Assembly: GCA_951406725.2 (NCBI GenBank)
Contig: OX597837.1
Coordinates: 22,878,001-22,942,000 of the forward strand
Source of the DNA: Octopus vulgaris
Taxonomy: Eukaryota
Length of the DNA stretch: 64,000 bases
Reading direction: 5' to 3'
Shown here: in pieces, positions 13,122 to 26,699 of the stretch
Layout of the letters: every line of letters begins with the position of its first letter
Numbering within the stretch: position 1 is the stretch's first letter
Made by a program: the position numbers and the translations under genes
The notes under the pieces: generated by a model
What the model was told of the DNA's origin: nothing
Seen by the model: the letters and a program-made list of their open reading frames with translations, nothing else
The model's database searches: none

Positions 13122-13205
13122 TTCAGGGGTAGAAAATCTTAATTCGGCTGTTTTATTCTTTAAATCCCACACAACCACTATACCCGATTCAAAACCTATC
13201 AATAG
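13122..13205 (-). CDS. STXBP5: Tomosyn/STXBP5 internal coding exon (84 bp)
   Basis: cag|CTA TTG ATA GGT TTT GAA TCG GGT...CCT GAA|gtaagt encodes LLIGFESGIVVVWDLKNKTAELRFSTPE (cf. tomosyn LLIGFESG.VVLWDLKSKKADYRY). Phase 0-0, in frame with the preceding exon. Confidence 0.93.
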
Positions 13206-13794
13206 CTGAAATATAAAATAAATTCAATTAATCAAACTATTTCATACATTTTTCGTTTCAATCACAAGACCAACAATGAATAAATGGAACAGTTCACCTC
13301 ATATCTGAGACAAGTACAAAATAAGCTTTAGTGTGGTTGTTATTCGTCATCATTTTAATGTTCACTTTCCTATGCTTTCATAGGTTGGATCGAGTTTACT
13401 GAAGCAGAACATCTACAACTGGATGCCTTTCCCCATTGCCAAGCCTCATCTGTTTTCAAGTGAGGAAATATCTCCTCATGGACAGGATATTAGAAACAAA
13501 TGACATTAATTTACAACATTACATGATGTCAAGGGGAGACGCAAACATATGCAACCTCACAAATACATACATATATACAGACAAGAAATTAATATTCTGA
13601 AGGCAGTAACAAAGTAAAAACAGCAGAAAAATTAGGTAACCTAACTCTTGCAAGATGGAAAAATGTTGTCAAGGGACTGCAAGGGTAATAATACCTGATT
13701 TTCCTGCTGCCTTTGTGGCAATACTGCATTTGAAATATTACTTTCTTGTCTGTATAATGCAATACACATTCAACATTTCTAGAAAACAAATATA

Positions 13795-14066
13795 AGTGAG
13801 CCCCTTCATTTGAACAACAGATATCTTCCTTCTATGACTATGAAAATCTATAAACATTTAAGGTTTAATTTCTGGACTTCATGACGTGCTGTGCTCTCGT
13901 AGATGAGACAACAGATGTGGTTTTGAGTCCCACGAGTGGCCTTTGACTTTTCTATCCAGTAATCCAATATATACATGCTATTCTTTATAGCTGTATGTGA
14001 TGTGCTTCAAGAAGCATTATTCCAAAAAATAATTATTTCACATTCTCTTGAATGTGTATAAAATTC
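13795..14066 (+). repeat. ~270-bp direct repeat, copy 2
   Basis: Matches 12279-12550. Confidence 0.9.
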
Positions 14067-14364
14067 ATTTGATGTCAGCATCAACATGGATGTGCTAAAG
14101 CATCAACGAAAATTTTAGGAAAATAAAAATAAGAAGTAAGTGGATATTTTACCGGTGAGTTTGTTATATTATAAGGCACAAAAAGAAAATGACTCTCCTC
14201 AGACACAACAAAATATAAGTTTGTTTATATATATATATGTTGTTGAGGCATATATCTTTTATATTTTACTTGTTTTAGCCATTTGACTGCAGCCTTATCG
14301 GAGCATCACCTTGAAAAACTTTTCAGCGAACGAATTGACCCTAACCCCACTTATTTATTTTACT

Positions 14365-14766
14365 TTACTCTTTTACTTGTTTCAGTTGGTGACTGCGGCC
14401 ATGCTGGAGCACCGCCTTTAGTCGAACAAATCAACCCCAGGACTTATTCTTTGTAAGCCTAGTACTTATTCTATCGGTCTCTTTTGCTGAACCGCTAAGT
14501 TACGGAGACGTAAACACACCAGCATCGGTTGTCAAGCAATGTTGGGGGGACAAACACAGACACACAAACATATACACACACGCATATATATATATATATA
14601 TACGATGGGCTTCTTTCAGTTTCCATCTACCAAATCCACTAACAAGACTTTGGTCGGCCTGAGGCTACAGTAGAAGACACTTGCCCAAGGTGCCACACAG
14701 TGGGAATGAACCTGGAACCATGTGGTTGGTAAGCAAGCTACTTACCCCACAGCCACTCCTGTGCCT
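14365..14766 (-). mobile_element. SINE family A
   Basis: Full-length consensus match. Other minus-strand copies at 19494-19882, 41790-42168, 46925-47327, 53284-53910, 61252-61637, and partial copies at 63650-64000. Confidence 0.9.
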
Positions 14767-14994
14767 ATACATATATCTTTTATCTTTTACTTGTTTTAGC
14801 AGTTTGACTTCAGCCTTGTTGGGGCATGGCTTTGAAAAACTTTTCATCGAATGAACTAACCCTAACCCCACTTATTTATTTTACTTATTTATTTTTTATT
14901 CTTATGCCTGGTACTTCTCCCATCAGTCTCTCAATATGAATACATTTTCTTTTCAAGAAATTTAAGCATTAACATGGATGTGCCTAAGCCTTAA

Positions 14995-15220
14995 CCCTTT
15001 TGTTACCATATTTCTATTGAAATACACTGCTTTTGTTTCAATTGATTTTTAAAAATCAAGACAAGTTTAGTCAAATAACTTTATCATTATTAAACTTTAA
15101 TTTGAATCACTTTAAAATTAAAATTTAATTTGAACTAAAGCTTTCATCTGAATCATTTAAAAAAAGGAAGACTATATCGTAGAAGCAGGGGTGGTCTCAG
15201 GTGGGTCAGTATCTAAAAGG
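14995..15220. mobile_element. piggyBac-type MITE family 2 (TTAA TSD)
   Basis: TTAA|cccttttgttacc...gtatctaaaagg|TTAA. The left end resembles the end of the 33000-34076 element. Interrupted relatives lie at ~23500-24194, ~25735-26258 and ~46800-47490. Confidence 0.75.
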
Positions 15221-15612
15221 TTAAACTGTATTTTTAAAAACCGGAGGTATGCTGAGGGCACATCAGATGCAACAAAATACTGTTTGAAAATTACTGAGAT
15301 ATAGAGGATTCCTTGTTGGTTGGTGTGAGTTGTGTGTATTGACTATAAAGGTGTTACATGTGTGTGTGTGTGTGTGTGTAAATAAATATATGAAATGTGG
15401 GATTAATGCAAGCACACCAACTCACACAATTATTTGATAAAATAATAATGTTTGTACAATTAAATTTTCACTATTTATTTTTCTATTTCTGAATGGAAAA
15501 AAATAATAAAAGAAAAAAAAAAAGACCAACAAAATTTCATTTGATGTATCAATATTTTTCTGTGATATTTTAATCAGTAATTATATTGTATATGTGTGTA
15601 TACATACACGTT

Positions 15613-15658
<46 letters not shown>

Positions 15659-15706
15659 GTATGCATGTATGCATACATAACTACACATGCACACACATAC
15701 ATAATA

Positions 15707-15749
<43 letters not shown>

Positions 15750-16777
15750 ATACATACATATACGTATAGGTATGTATGTATGTATATAACATACATATAT
15801 ATGCACATACACACATATACATGCATGTATAGACATGCATGCACATACACACATGCATGCACGTATACAGAAAGAGAGACAGAGAAGTATATATTAGCAG
15901 AGAGATGTTATTAGTGGGAGGTTAACAATAATGCATATTGTCTGAGGCCAGCCAGCAATATGGAATCAGTTATATAACAAAACAGCCTGATTTCATTGAA
16001 AAACGAAACAAAAAAAAAAACAACCAACAAAAAGCAAACAAAATATAAACAAGCCCCAATCGAACTGAAAATAGCCTTGATGTTAGAAATTATTGAATCA
16101 ATGTCAATGTTTAGTTAGATCTTTTTATGTCGGAGTTTTGTTGAATTTGATCTTTTGTTCCATCAATTGTGAAATGAGTGGTTAGACACGAGTTCAATTA
16201 CAGTTTGTAACTGGTGCAACAACAACAACAACAACATCATTCATACATACATACATAACGACCCCACCATCATCATCACTACTACGGAAAAAATGAGAGG
16301 CTGCTATGATGGTCGCTAGTTAATACGGCGTGCTGTTAAATTAAGAATAGGAATCCATGTTGTTCAACAACAACACACACCAACATCATTACCAGCAACA
16401 ACATCGTTATCAACAACAACAATAAAAATCAATATTGCCGATGCTTGTGATTTATTTATGTAGTGCATGCATTATATATTAACAATTGTGTCTTTGGTAT
16501 CCACCATGCAATTTGAACAGATTAAAACAATATATAGATATCTATCATCAACCACATCTGTTTTGTCTGTCTTTGTGTGTCTCAGAGCAGCCTGTCTCTC
16601 TTGCATGTGTGTGTGTGTGTGTGTGTGAATGAGAGAGAAGTGTCAAGGTTTCCTGCTCAGTCAGTTGACAAAGTATTCTGGAAGAAAATAATCGCATTAC
16701 AATGAAAAAAATAGAGAAGAACTGAGAGCATAGAAAACGTTCACAATGAAACCGAATGAATAACAAGACAACATTGC

Positions 16778-16808
<31 letters not shown>

Positions 16809-17463
16809 TAATAATAATGATGATAATAAACCTTTCTACTATAGGCACAAGGCCTGAAATTGTGATGAAGGGGGCTAGTCGATTACATCGACCCCACTGT
16901 GAAACTGGTACTTATTTCATTGACCCCAAAAGGATGCAAAGTAAAATCAACCTCGTGGAATTTGAATTCAGAACTTAAAGACAGATGAAATACTGCTAAG
17001 CATTTTGTCCGGTTTGCTAAAGATTCTGCCAGCCTTGCTGCTGCTGCAGCAGCAACAACAACAACGACGGCGGCGATGACAACAACAACAACAATGACGG
17101 CGGCGGTGATGACAACAACAACAACAACGACGGCGGCGATGACAACAACAACAACAACAACAATCATCCTTTCCACTAAAGGCACAAGGCCTGAAATTTG
17201 GTGGGAGGGGATCAATCGATTACATCGACTCCAGTGCATAAATGGTACTTAATTTATTGACCCCCGAAAAGATGAAAGGCAAAGTTGACCTCAGTGGAAT
17301 TTGAACTCAGAACATAGCTATGGGCAAAATACCGCTAAACATTTCACCTGGCAAGCTAATGATTATACCAGCTTGCTGTCTTAATAATAATATATGCTAA
17401 CAGAATGGATACCAAAGGAATTGAAAATATAAAGAAATTGAGAAATATCAGGAGACTGAAATA

Positions 17464-18709
17464 TCAGGTTTTCCAGAGGTCATGAGTTGCAACAGAATTC
17501 ATGCTATTTGGTCTTTATTGCACTGTGCAAACGAGGGCAATCAGAACATTGATAGGAACGATAAACTGTACAAGACTTGTCCTATAATTAATCCCTGAGG
17601 TCAGTGTTAGTAAGGCATCCTTTGACTGCCAGTACTGTTCATAGTGAGCCTTGTGCACCAGCATTTCTATGGTCACTCAAAGGCCAAAAAATCTTTCAGT
17701 TCTTCCAATGTAAGTTTTTTCTCATGCAAAATTTTTGCTGAGAAATTATTTGGCTTTGCCCGAGACACACTTTCAGCTTGATTCTTAGTTTCCTTGAGTA
17801 AAATATCCCATAAGTTGTCATTCCAGAATAAACTAAAATAATCATTTGGAGTGCTGTCTATATTTATAGTATCAGGCATGTTCCTGGGCCCTGGAGAACT
17901 ATTTGGCATAAATTGGTGCTCTGCAAAGACTACAGTGTCTCTCCGCCATCCTGGAGGAGTATTGGGTCTTACTCTGAGTGGAACATTGGGCCTACCACCT
18001 CACCAGCCACCATGTAAAGTGTGCCTGCTGTTCCTGCTACAAACATGCTCCCTTTTCTGTTGACCAACTGGCACCGCACCATGCATATTTGCCAGTGGCA
18101 GTACATTTTGTACAGCAACAGAATCATCAAGCTCATCACTTTCACTTTCTGGGTCTAAATCATTGTCAGATTCACTCTCAAAATTAGCATCATTGCCATG
18201 GTCATAATTGTCAACAGCCTCTTCATCAGACAACAACACTTGGTTCAAGACATCACTTACAGACAGGTTTCTTTGACTCATTTTCACGGAAAACTAGTGG
18301 GACCAGCTTCAATCATCAGGAAGTACACCCTTTGATAGTGTACGTACAGACCAATAACCAAATGCAACAATGTCGCTAATTGGCTGAGGGTTTGTTAACC
18401 CTTTCATTACTGTATTTATTTTGAGATGCTCTGTGTTTCTTTCAATTACTTTAAATATAACAAATAATTTAGTAAAATAAATATATCATTCTGCTAGTGT
18501 TAGGAACATAAATTGTGACTAAGGTTTGGTGGAAGACTTTAATTCAAAACTTATGGAAACAAGACATTTGTACTACAGAGCCAGAGTGGTATCAAAAGGG
18601 TTAAGTGATATATTTGTAAACAGTACAATGTGGCATCCGGAATAGAAGCTGCTGGGCTATTTATATCTGTGGTTGGTGGCTGGAATAGTGGCCGCTGGAG
18701 TTCTGAGGG
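17464..18709 (-). mobile_element. piggyBac (PGBD4-like) transposon fossil, 5' half, with nested MITE and inverted segment
   Basis: Terminus TTAA|CCCTCAGAAC at 18713-18700, then an acidic N-terminus (LLSDEEAVD...ESESDELDD) and GP...TPNDYFSLFWNDNLWDILLKETKNQA...LTLEELKDFLA...YEQYW. The next motif block (FPEVMSCNR...LLH...DKLYK.CPII) lies inverted on the plus strand at 17464-17592. Confidence 0.85.
18399..18600. mobile_element. piggyBac-type MITE family 2, nested in the piggyBac fossil
   Basis: TTAA|ccctttcattac...gtatcaaaaggg|TTAA; body homologous to 14995-15220. Confidence 0.8.
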
Positions 18710-19670
18710 TTAAACCACTAAGCCACAAATCAATAAAATATTTACCAGTTGAGCACTAGAGTGGATATAATTGACTCCCTGCTCCCTTCAAAATTACTAG
18801 CTTTGATCCAAAATTAGACAGAAATATTACATTTAAGTGTTATTACATTCATAAGTTTCCTCTATTAATCTCTTTTATTATATATCAGCAATTTTTCCGC
18901 CGACCACTTTCAACGTGACACCAAAGCAGAGCAATATATGTTTTAACACATTGTTTCTGAACAAAATTTTTTTACAACGAAATATTGTTTGGAAACAAAA
19001 ACCTAGAAACTTCTACAGCTCGCTGTCTCTAGTCACTCATTATTATTGGCTGGCTCAAAATTTGATTGCCAGTTTCACACCTAAAGACTTCTCAGAAATA
19101 TCTAGTAGGCACTAAGATACAATTTTATGATATTTGACACGCTTAGACACATAAATCAGTAGCTCTCATGTCACAACAGAAGTCTATCTCCAATTCATAC
19201 TTGTTTGAACTTAAATTGCAAAGCAAGACATGAAGAAGTCAATATATTGGCTTCAAATTTTGGCACAAGGCCAGCAATTTCTGGAGAGTGGGGTAAGTTG
19301 ATTACATCAACCCCAGTACTCAACTGGTATTTATTTTATCAAATGAAAGGTAAAGTCAACCTCAGTGGAATTTGAACCTGGAATGTAAAGATGAACTAAA
19401 TGCTGCAAAGTATTTTGCCTGGTGTACTAACAGTGTTGCCAGAAAGAAGAAAACAATATACTGATAGTGATGAGTTTGTTTGAACATTGTTCTTTTATTC
19501 TTTTACTCGTTTCAGTCATTTGACTGCGGCCTTGCTAGAACACTGCTTTAAAGGGTTTTTTAGTTGAAGAAATCGACTCCAGGACTTATTCTTTGTAAAC
19601 GTAGTACTTATTCTATTGACCTCTTTTGCCAAGCTGCTAAGTTATGGAGACATAAACACACCACACATAA

Positions 19671-19729
<59 letters not shown>

Positions 19730-22700
19730 TTTCTTTCAGTTTCTGCCTACCAAATCCACTTACAAAGCTTTGGTTGACCCGAGGCTGTAGTAGAAGACAC
19801 TAGACAAAGGTGTCATGCAGTGGGACTGAATCTGGAACCATGTGGTTGGGAAGTACAATTCTTATCACACAGTCATGCCTGGATGCATTGGAGAATACAT
19901 TCATACTCATCATCATCACCACCACCACCACCACCACTACCACCATCATTGTTTTAACGTTCCCTTTTCCATGCATTGATGGGTTAGATGGAATTTGTTG
20001 AGGCAGATTTTCTATAGTTCAATGCTCTTCCATCCCCCAACACTTACCAGTTTCTGCGAAGGGTTACATCTAACCCTTGGCTGGACATGTTTTTCATGGC
20101 ATGCATTACAGTGATGCTCATTTATAGCCATCACACTATCTCAAGGCAAGGATACACACATACACATACATATATATACAATGGACTTCTTTCAGCTTCC
20201 ATCTACTAAACCGACTCACCCAAGGTGCCATGTAGTGGACTAAACTCAAGACCACATGGTTGGGAAATAAACATAAGCTACATCTGCACCTTGCAGTATA
20301 TATTTTTTCTGGTTCTTTGTGCTCTGAGTTTGAATCCTGCCAAATTAATTTTGTCTTTCATCCTTTCAAGTTCAAACTACCAGTCCAGTACTGTGGAGGT
20401 GATTGCTAATATATTTTCTCTTTCTCTCATTTTAGAGGAAATCACTTTGGTCAGATCTGGAGAGGGATGGACATACGAGGTCCCAAAGAAGGAGGAAACT
20501 AATGGTGTTAGTTATGATATTGGATTTGACTTGATATCAAGCGTAAGCACTAAGATTAGTTGTCATATTTTCTTATATGGAGAGAGATGTATTAGAAAAA
20601 TTAATTATTGAGATTGAATTACTTGAAGTAAACACTGAAGTCTTAATTGTTAATCAAATCATGTAGGATTGTCTTCGTATTCTATAAATAATCTCACAGT
20701 CAATATTTATGATCAGAAATGTAACATATGTTACAGTATTGTTGGAAATATTTTAAGATATTGATTTCAGAATGTTCTTATTTTACAAGTTGATATGTTG
20801 GATGTTATCAAACATCAACAATAAGGATCCTTCTGTTTGACTAAAAAAATAAATAAATAAATAATAACAATTATATAAATAAAACCCCTCAGTAATTTCA
20901 ACTGAACAAAGAACTTGATGTCTTGGAACAGGTTATTTATGGTTTTTTTTTTCTTTATCCTCAGCAACAATTTTCTAAAGACAGATTTCAAAGTGTGTCT
21001 ATTCCAATATGTGCATCTCTGATCTTGAGCAGGTGTAGTGGGGAAGCATCATAGCCATGTGTTCAGAGGGATTCTTTGGGGTTTGAATAAATATTGCAGC
21101 AAAAGCAAAGTTTGAAGGAAATATGAAACATTTTTCATACTTTCAAGGAGTAAACAAATGGGAAATAAAAGTTACTACCCAAGGACAAAACCTGTTACAC
21201 AGTTTTATCAAAGCAAATTCAACAAGAATTCAATGTCTTCATGTGATAAAATAGATATTTTGAAATTATTGTGATATCATTTCATTTTCTTACCATTACT
21301 CTAAAAAGGATGGGACAATACTTTACACACAGGTGTGGTCGTGTGGTAAGAAGCCTGTGGTTCTGGATTCAGTTCCACTGCATGGCAACTTGGGCAAGTG
21401 TCTCCTACTATAGTCTCAGGCAGATCAAAGCCTTATGAGTGAATTTGGTGGACAGAAACTGAAAGAAGTCCATTGTGAATATTTAATATCATTCCTCCTG
21501 TCTTAAGTTATCCTTATTAAACAATTTCATGGGTTTCATCAGAGAAATTTAAAGAATTTAATTGCTGGAAAAATAAATTATAAATGAACTAAATAATAAA
21601 AAAATTAACAATATAGCCTTCCTTTCTAGAACTTGAACAATTTTACTGGAAATAGTTTCACCCAAAATATTATATATGTTATAAATTGTTCCAATATGAT
21701 TACTTCATTATTAATGAGACAAAAAGGGAAATTCTTTATGGTTGCTCAAACAGCCCAGTGTAGCAGTAGCTGCAATACCAAAATGAAGACTATATTCTAA
21801 GAGAATTTAGAATAATAACAGCTGGGTTAGTCATGGCAAGAAACATTATTTAAATATTTTAATGAGTGAGTTATATCTGTGTCACCAACAGCGACAATTA
21901 GGGTAATGCAGTTACACTCTGACCAAAGCAAAACACATGGACCTCAAAGAACTTCACATGGAGTTTGTGTGTGCCATCATCTTAATTTTACATTCGCTTT
22001 ACAAGATGGCATGCTTTGGATGGGTTTGTACAGTCCCAAGTTCTTATTTGGAGTTACTGCCATACTAGATGGGTAGGAAAACCACATCTTGCTCAAACAT
22101 TCTATTCTTTGGAATGGTTTCTATGGCTGGATACCCTTCCTAATATCAACCATTTTACAGAGTGACACTAGAATGAAACAATCCTAAAATCTTCTCTTGA
22201 CCCAATGTTTTATCTGTTTATTTACAAACCACTTTACGGAGTGTACTGGGTACATTTTATCATGACACCAACACAAGTTAGGTTGCTTTGCGTCACACAA
22301 GACAAAAAGACTGTCATCACTCTATGTTGATTCTGTTCATTCAGAGCATTGTAATTGACAAAGTGGAAATAAGAGATGAAGTAGAGTAAGAGGGAGAAAG
22401 AAGTGAGAGCACGAAGAGGGAAACTGAATGAGCTAGGAAGAAATAGGAGAGACACTGTTAGGTGGAGTAATGGAAGAGAGACAGTATGTGTGATTAAAGT
22501 AAAAACTTGTGCATAGTAATTGAAACACAACAAATAAACTTAACATGCCAGCAAAGTTTAAATACTATGAATGATGAATATACTGTAACACAACCATTAC
22601 TAAACACTTTAAACAAGCTACAGTATCGTAAAGAAATACCACATTGGAAAATATTTGTAAAAGCCATTCATTAGAACTAATTCTGTGGTATTTACAAGTA

Positions 22701-23619
22701 AATAAAGCTCTGAAAAATTCACGAGTTGTCAGGTCACCATTAAAGTCTTCATGTAATATGTGTAAAGTAAAAGTTAGCCTTCCCTGATGCATGTGGCACA
22801 AGTTGACCTCGACAAGATGATTTAAAACAACACCTGGCAATTACACAGTTTCCCCACCGTTTGCTGCAGTGAACTATATCTCTGTATGTTACTTATTGAC
22901 TGCTGCACAAGTGGAATCGTGACAAATTATTCACAAACTGTTATCTGAAGCTTTAGTTTTTTGGGGGTTTTTTTTATTAGCAAAATGAAATAAAAAAAAA
23001 AAAGCCCACATCCATTGATATCCAATTATAAATTACTGTAAGAAATCAATGGAAAATGATTGCAGTCAGAAAATATTTGTATAAAAGGTTAGTAAGAAAT
23101 TAAGATTTAGTACCAGGAAACCGTAGTGTTGTTCTCTTCGCTGCTTTAATGAATAGATAATAGAAGGAGACTGTGCTTTCAGTATGATTGAGTTTAATGA
23201 TTCTAAGTGTTCCATGGTTTCATTAGTAAATTCTGGCAAGCTACCAGATAGAGTGAGCAAGACAGAGATAAATTGTTTAATCAATTTATGAGATTTCTTG
23301 AGGAGAATAGCTGGATAAAATTCAGTTTTGGTTTGAAGCTACAATATTGATTTCTTTCTCTGGAATGAAGAGGAAACAAGTGGAAAAACCGAAGTAGTTT
23401 ACCACAGTAAGTTACTGTTACTTAGTAAAACAGACATCAGAGTGGACATCACTGCAGGCATTCAAGAGTCATGTGGTGGTTTTAAACTGTATGACAGCTT
23501 AACTCTTTGGGTACCAACCTAGCAGAAACTGTTCCTGGTTCTGTGAAGAAGAGCCATTTGGGACAGAAAGTCGCTAAAGAGATCATAGAATGTGTGACGA
23601 AAGAAATTTGACAAACTGA

Positions 23620-23887
23620 AAATAATTGCAGCGTGGAAGGTGTTTATAAGCCATTTAAGAAACACACAAAAACCGTTAGATTCACTTCAACATTTAAATT
23701 TAATTTGTCAAAATATTTTCATCGCTTAGAAACTGCGACCTAGCACGGAATTTTGTCAGTGAACAGGTCGCGGTCTCAAAGCAATGAAAATATTTTGGCA
23801 AATTAAATTTAAATGTTGAAGTGAATCTAACGGTTTTTGTGTGTTTCTTAAATGGCTTATAAACACCTTCCCCACTGCAATTGTTTT
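23620..23887. repeat. Long inverted-repeat (hairpin) element, ~120-bp arms, 23-nt loop
   Basis: aattgcag..ggaaggtgtttataagccatttaagaaacacacaaaaaccgttagattcacttcaacatttaaatttaatttg...gcgacct is mirrored by aggtcgc...caaattaaatttaaatgttgaagtgaatctaacggtttttgtgtgtttcttaaatggcttataaacaccttcc..ctgcaatt. Confidence 0.92.
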
Positions 23888-25393
23888 CGTTCCAGCACAC
23901 AATCTCTGATCAGGTCACTTGCTATGCAAGTACATCTCCATAAAAAACTAAAAATAATAATACTGAAACTAAAATGAAGACCATATGAATAGTGCATGTG
24001 TTTAATTGTCAAAAGATGACCATTTCCAAATACAACAACAAAATTAAAAGCTTCCACCGAAATTTGATATTAATTTATGTTTCAAACACAAGATTCATAA
24101 TGGCAAAACTATTTTACTAAACTTCTAATTATTTTATAAATTATTTAGAATAAAGGCAGTGTTTTTAAACAGAAATATGACAAAAAATTGTTAAATATGG
24201 CATGCTAAAAGATCAAGTAAAACTCCCTCTGGTCTCTATGGTTTTCATCTCCATATTCCACACGCAACAATTTAGTTTGTCTGAGACTATGTATAATGAG
24301 ACACTGGTCCAAAGATGTGTGTGGCATCACATGGTTGTGAAGCAAATTTCAGAACCACATGGCTATACTTGTGACAACACACTATTAATTATCTGATTTT
24401 CTACTAGCTGAATTAATTCAAATGTCATTTTTAGAAGAAATAATAACATTATTATTATTAGTATTAATAATAATAATAAAAAAAAAAAAAAAAATAATAA
24501 TAATAATAATAACAATCATTTCTACAATAGACAGAAGGCCTGAAATTTTGAGGGAGGGGTCAAGTGAATTACATTGATATCAGTACTCAACTGGTACTTA
24601 TTTTATGGACTCCAAAATGCTGGAGTTTTAATTGCAAGTCTGTCAACACAATGCAATACTGACTTAAAAAAATAAAAAACAGAAATAATAGTAATTATAT
24701 GTGTATGTATAATACATAAAGTTATTTTTTCGGCTGTTAGTGTGTGAGTATTTCTGTATGTATTTGTGTATGTGTGTCTGTGTCTTTCAACATTAGACAA
24801 TGCAACACGAACTTTAAAAAAACTTTCCCTATAAAGATAGGTGGTTGTTGAGAGAAAAATACAGTGACAGAAAGAATGTGTGAAAATAGAATTAAAAGTT
24901 ATTTCAAGAAAAAAATATGTTGAGCATATCCATGTGATCATTGTAGTAGGTTTTTGCTGAAGGATCCATTTCCTCTTGACTAAGTTGTTATCCAGTAGTG
25001 TAACGACAGGTACGACTAGTAATAATAATTTATAATTGATAGATAAGATCCAGATATTCTCCATATAGAATACACTAAGTCGAGCTCAAGAGATTTAAGC
25101 TTGAGTGGGTATATGAGTAAATGTAAGGATAAGCAAGTTAGGCAGGTCAATATACAAAGTATATCAAATACATGAAATACAAAAAATGTATATATGTATA
25201 TAGATAAAAAGGTCCAATTTACAGAGAGTACAAATGATATAGAGAATTAAAGGGGTGAAGGAAAAGAATTACAAATTCATATATTAATGTAGTGATACAG
25301 CCTTAAAATACTGCCATTACTGAATGCTTCCCCAGTTACACCACTTTTCATACTTCTTTCATAGACTGTAATATATTAAAAAGGCAAACTTAC

Positions 25394-25457
25394 CCTACTG
25401 GGGTCTATGGGATTGTCTTCAAGGTGCACAACTGGGCCTGGATGGGTTTTTCGTGAC
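25394..25457 (-). CDS. STXBP5: Tomosyn/STXBP5 internal coding exon (64 bp)
   Basis: cag|G TCA CGA AAA ACC CAT CCA GGC CCA GTT GTG CAC...AGT AGG|gtaagt encodes SRKTHPGPVVHLEDNPIDPSR (cf. tomosyn SSKSHPGPVVHISDNPMDEGK). The leading G completes TT+G=Leu from the upstream exon. Too short to appear in the ORF track. Confidence 0.93.
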
Positions 25458-26635
25458 CTGCAAATGAGACAAATATGTACAGTGGGTCATTAAGGTAATT
25501 TTAAACACAAACAATTTCATACATAGAAATAGAATATCGTAAATAGATTGCAGAGGTACGATGTAGCAAAAGTGAGTATCAGGGAGTAGTTTCTAGATGT
25601 TTCTAGAACTAAAGAGAGGAGGGATGTGCCAAAAGTGAAGGTCCTACCATGTCCCGACCCTCCTATTACATCCCCCTGTCGGATACTATATCTGTGGATT
25701 TTATGCTAATATTGGCCTAATAAACCAACTCAGGATCCATAATGCGACCCACCTGAGACTGTCCTTGGTTCTACAACACAAACTTACAGTTTGAAAGTGA
25801 TCTAAGTTATAATCTTCTATCAAAATTTTGTTAATTTGTTCCAGACATCAGCTTAATAATAAGAAAGTTATTTTACTAAATTCTTAAATAGTCAAACATT
25901 AACTGAAACAAAGGCAAAGTATCTCAACAGAAATCATCATCATCATCATCATCATCGTTTAGCGTCCGCTTTCCATGCTGGCATGGGTTGGACGGTGCAA
26001 CTGGGGTCTGGGAAGCCAGTAGGCTGCACCAGGCCCAGTCTGATCTGGCAATGTTTCTACGGCTGGATGCCCTTCCTAACGCCAACCACTCCATGAATGT
26101 AGTGGGTGCTTTTTACGTGCCACCGGCACAGGTGCCAGACGAGGCTGGCAAACGGCCACAATCGGATGGTGCTTTTTATGTGCCACCGGCACGGCGGCCA
26201 GGCGAGGCTGGCAACGGCCACGATCGGATTACGTGCCACATGGTAACAAAATGCTTAATGTTCCACTTTGGCATTGTAAGAAGGGTTGGATAGGTATGTA
26301 CAGCTGTACATATGCTATATCGTGGTTAAGCCTAACACTAGGTGCTTGTTTTTAACTATCTCATTTCATATCTTGCTAAAATATATATTAAATGCACAAA
26401 TCACATTTTTCATTCCTAGCATAAAGCTTATTTGATAATACAGGCACCCATATTTATCCTGAGATTAAGATATAAATCATTTTAAATGATGACAACAGCA
26501 ATGCTATTGTTAAGCAGGAATAGTTCAATATTGAAATAAATTGGTTTACTATCAAAGAATGATATTTGCTGAAGATGCTAAGAAGATTCAGAGAGAGAGA
26601 GAGACAGGGAGGGGAAAGAGAGTTAGCGAGAGAGA

Positions 26636-26699
<64 letters not shown>

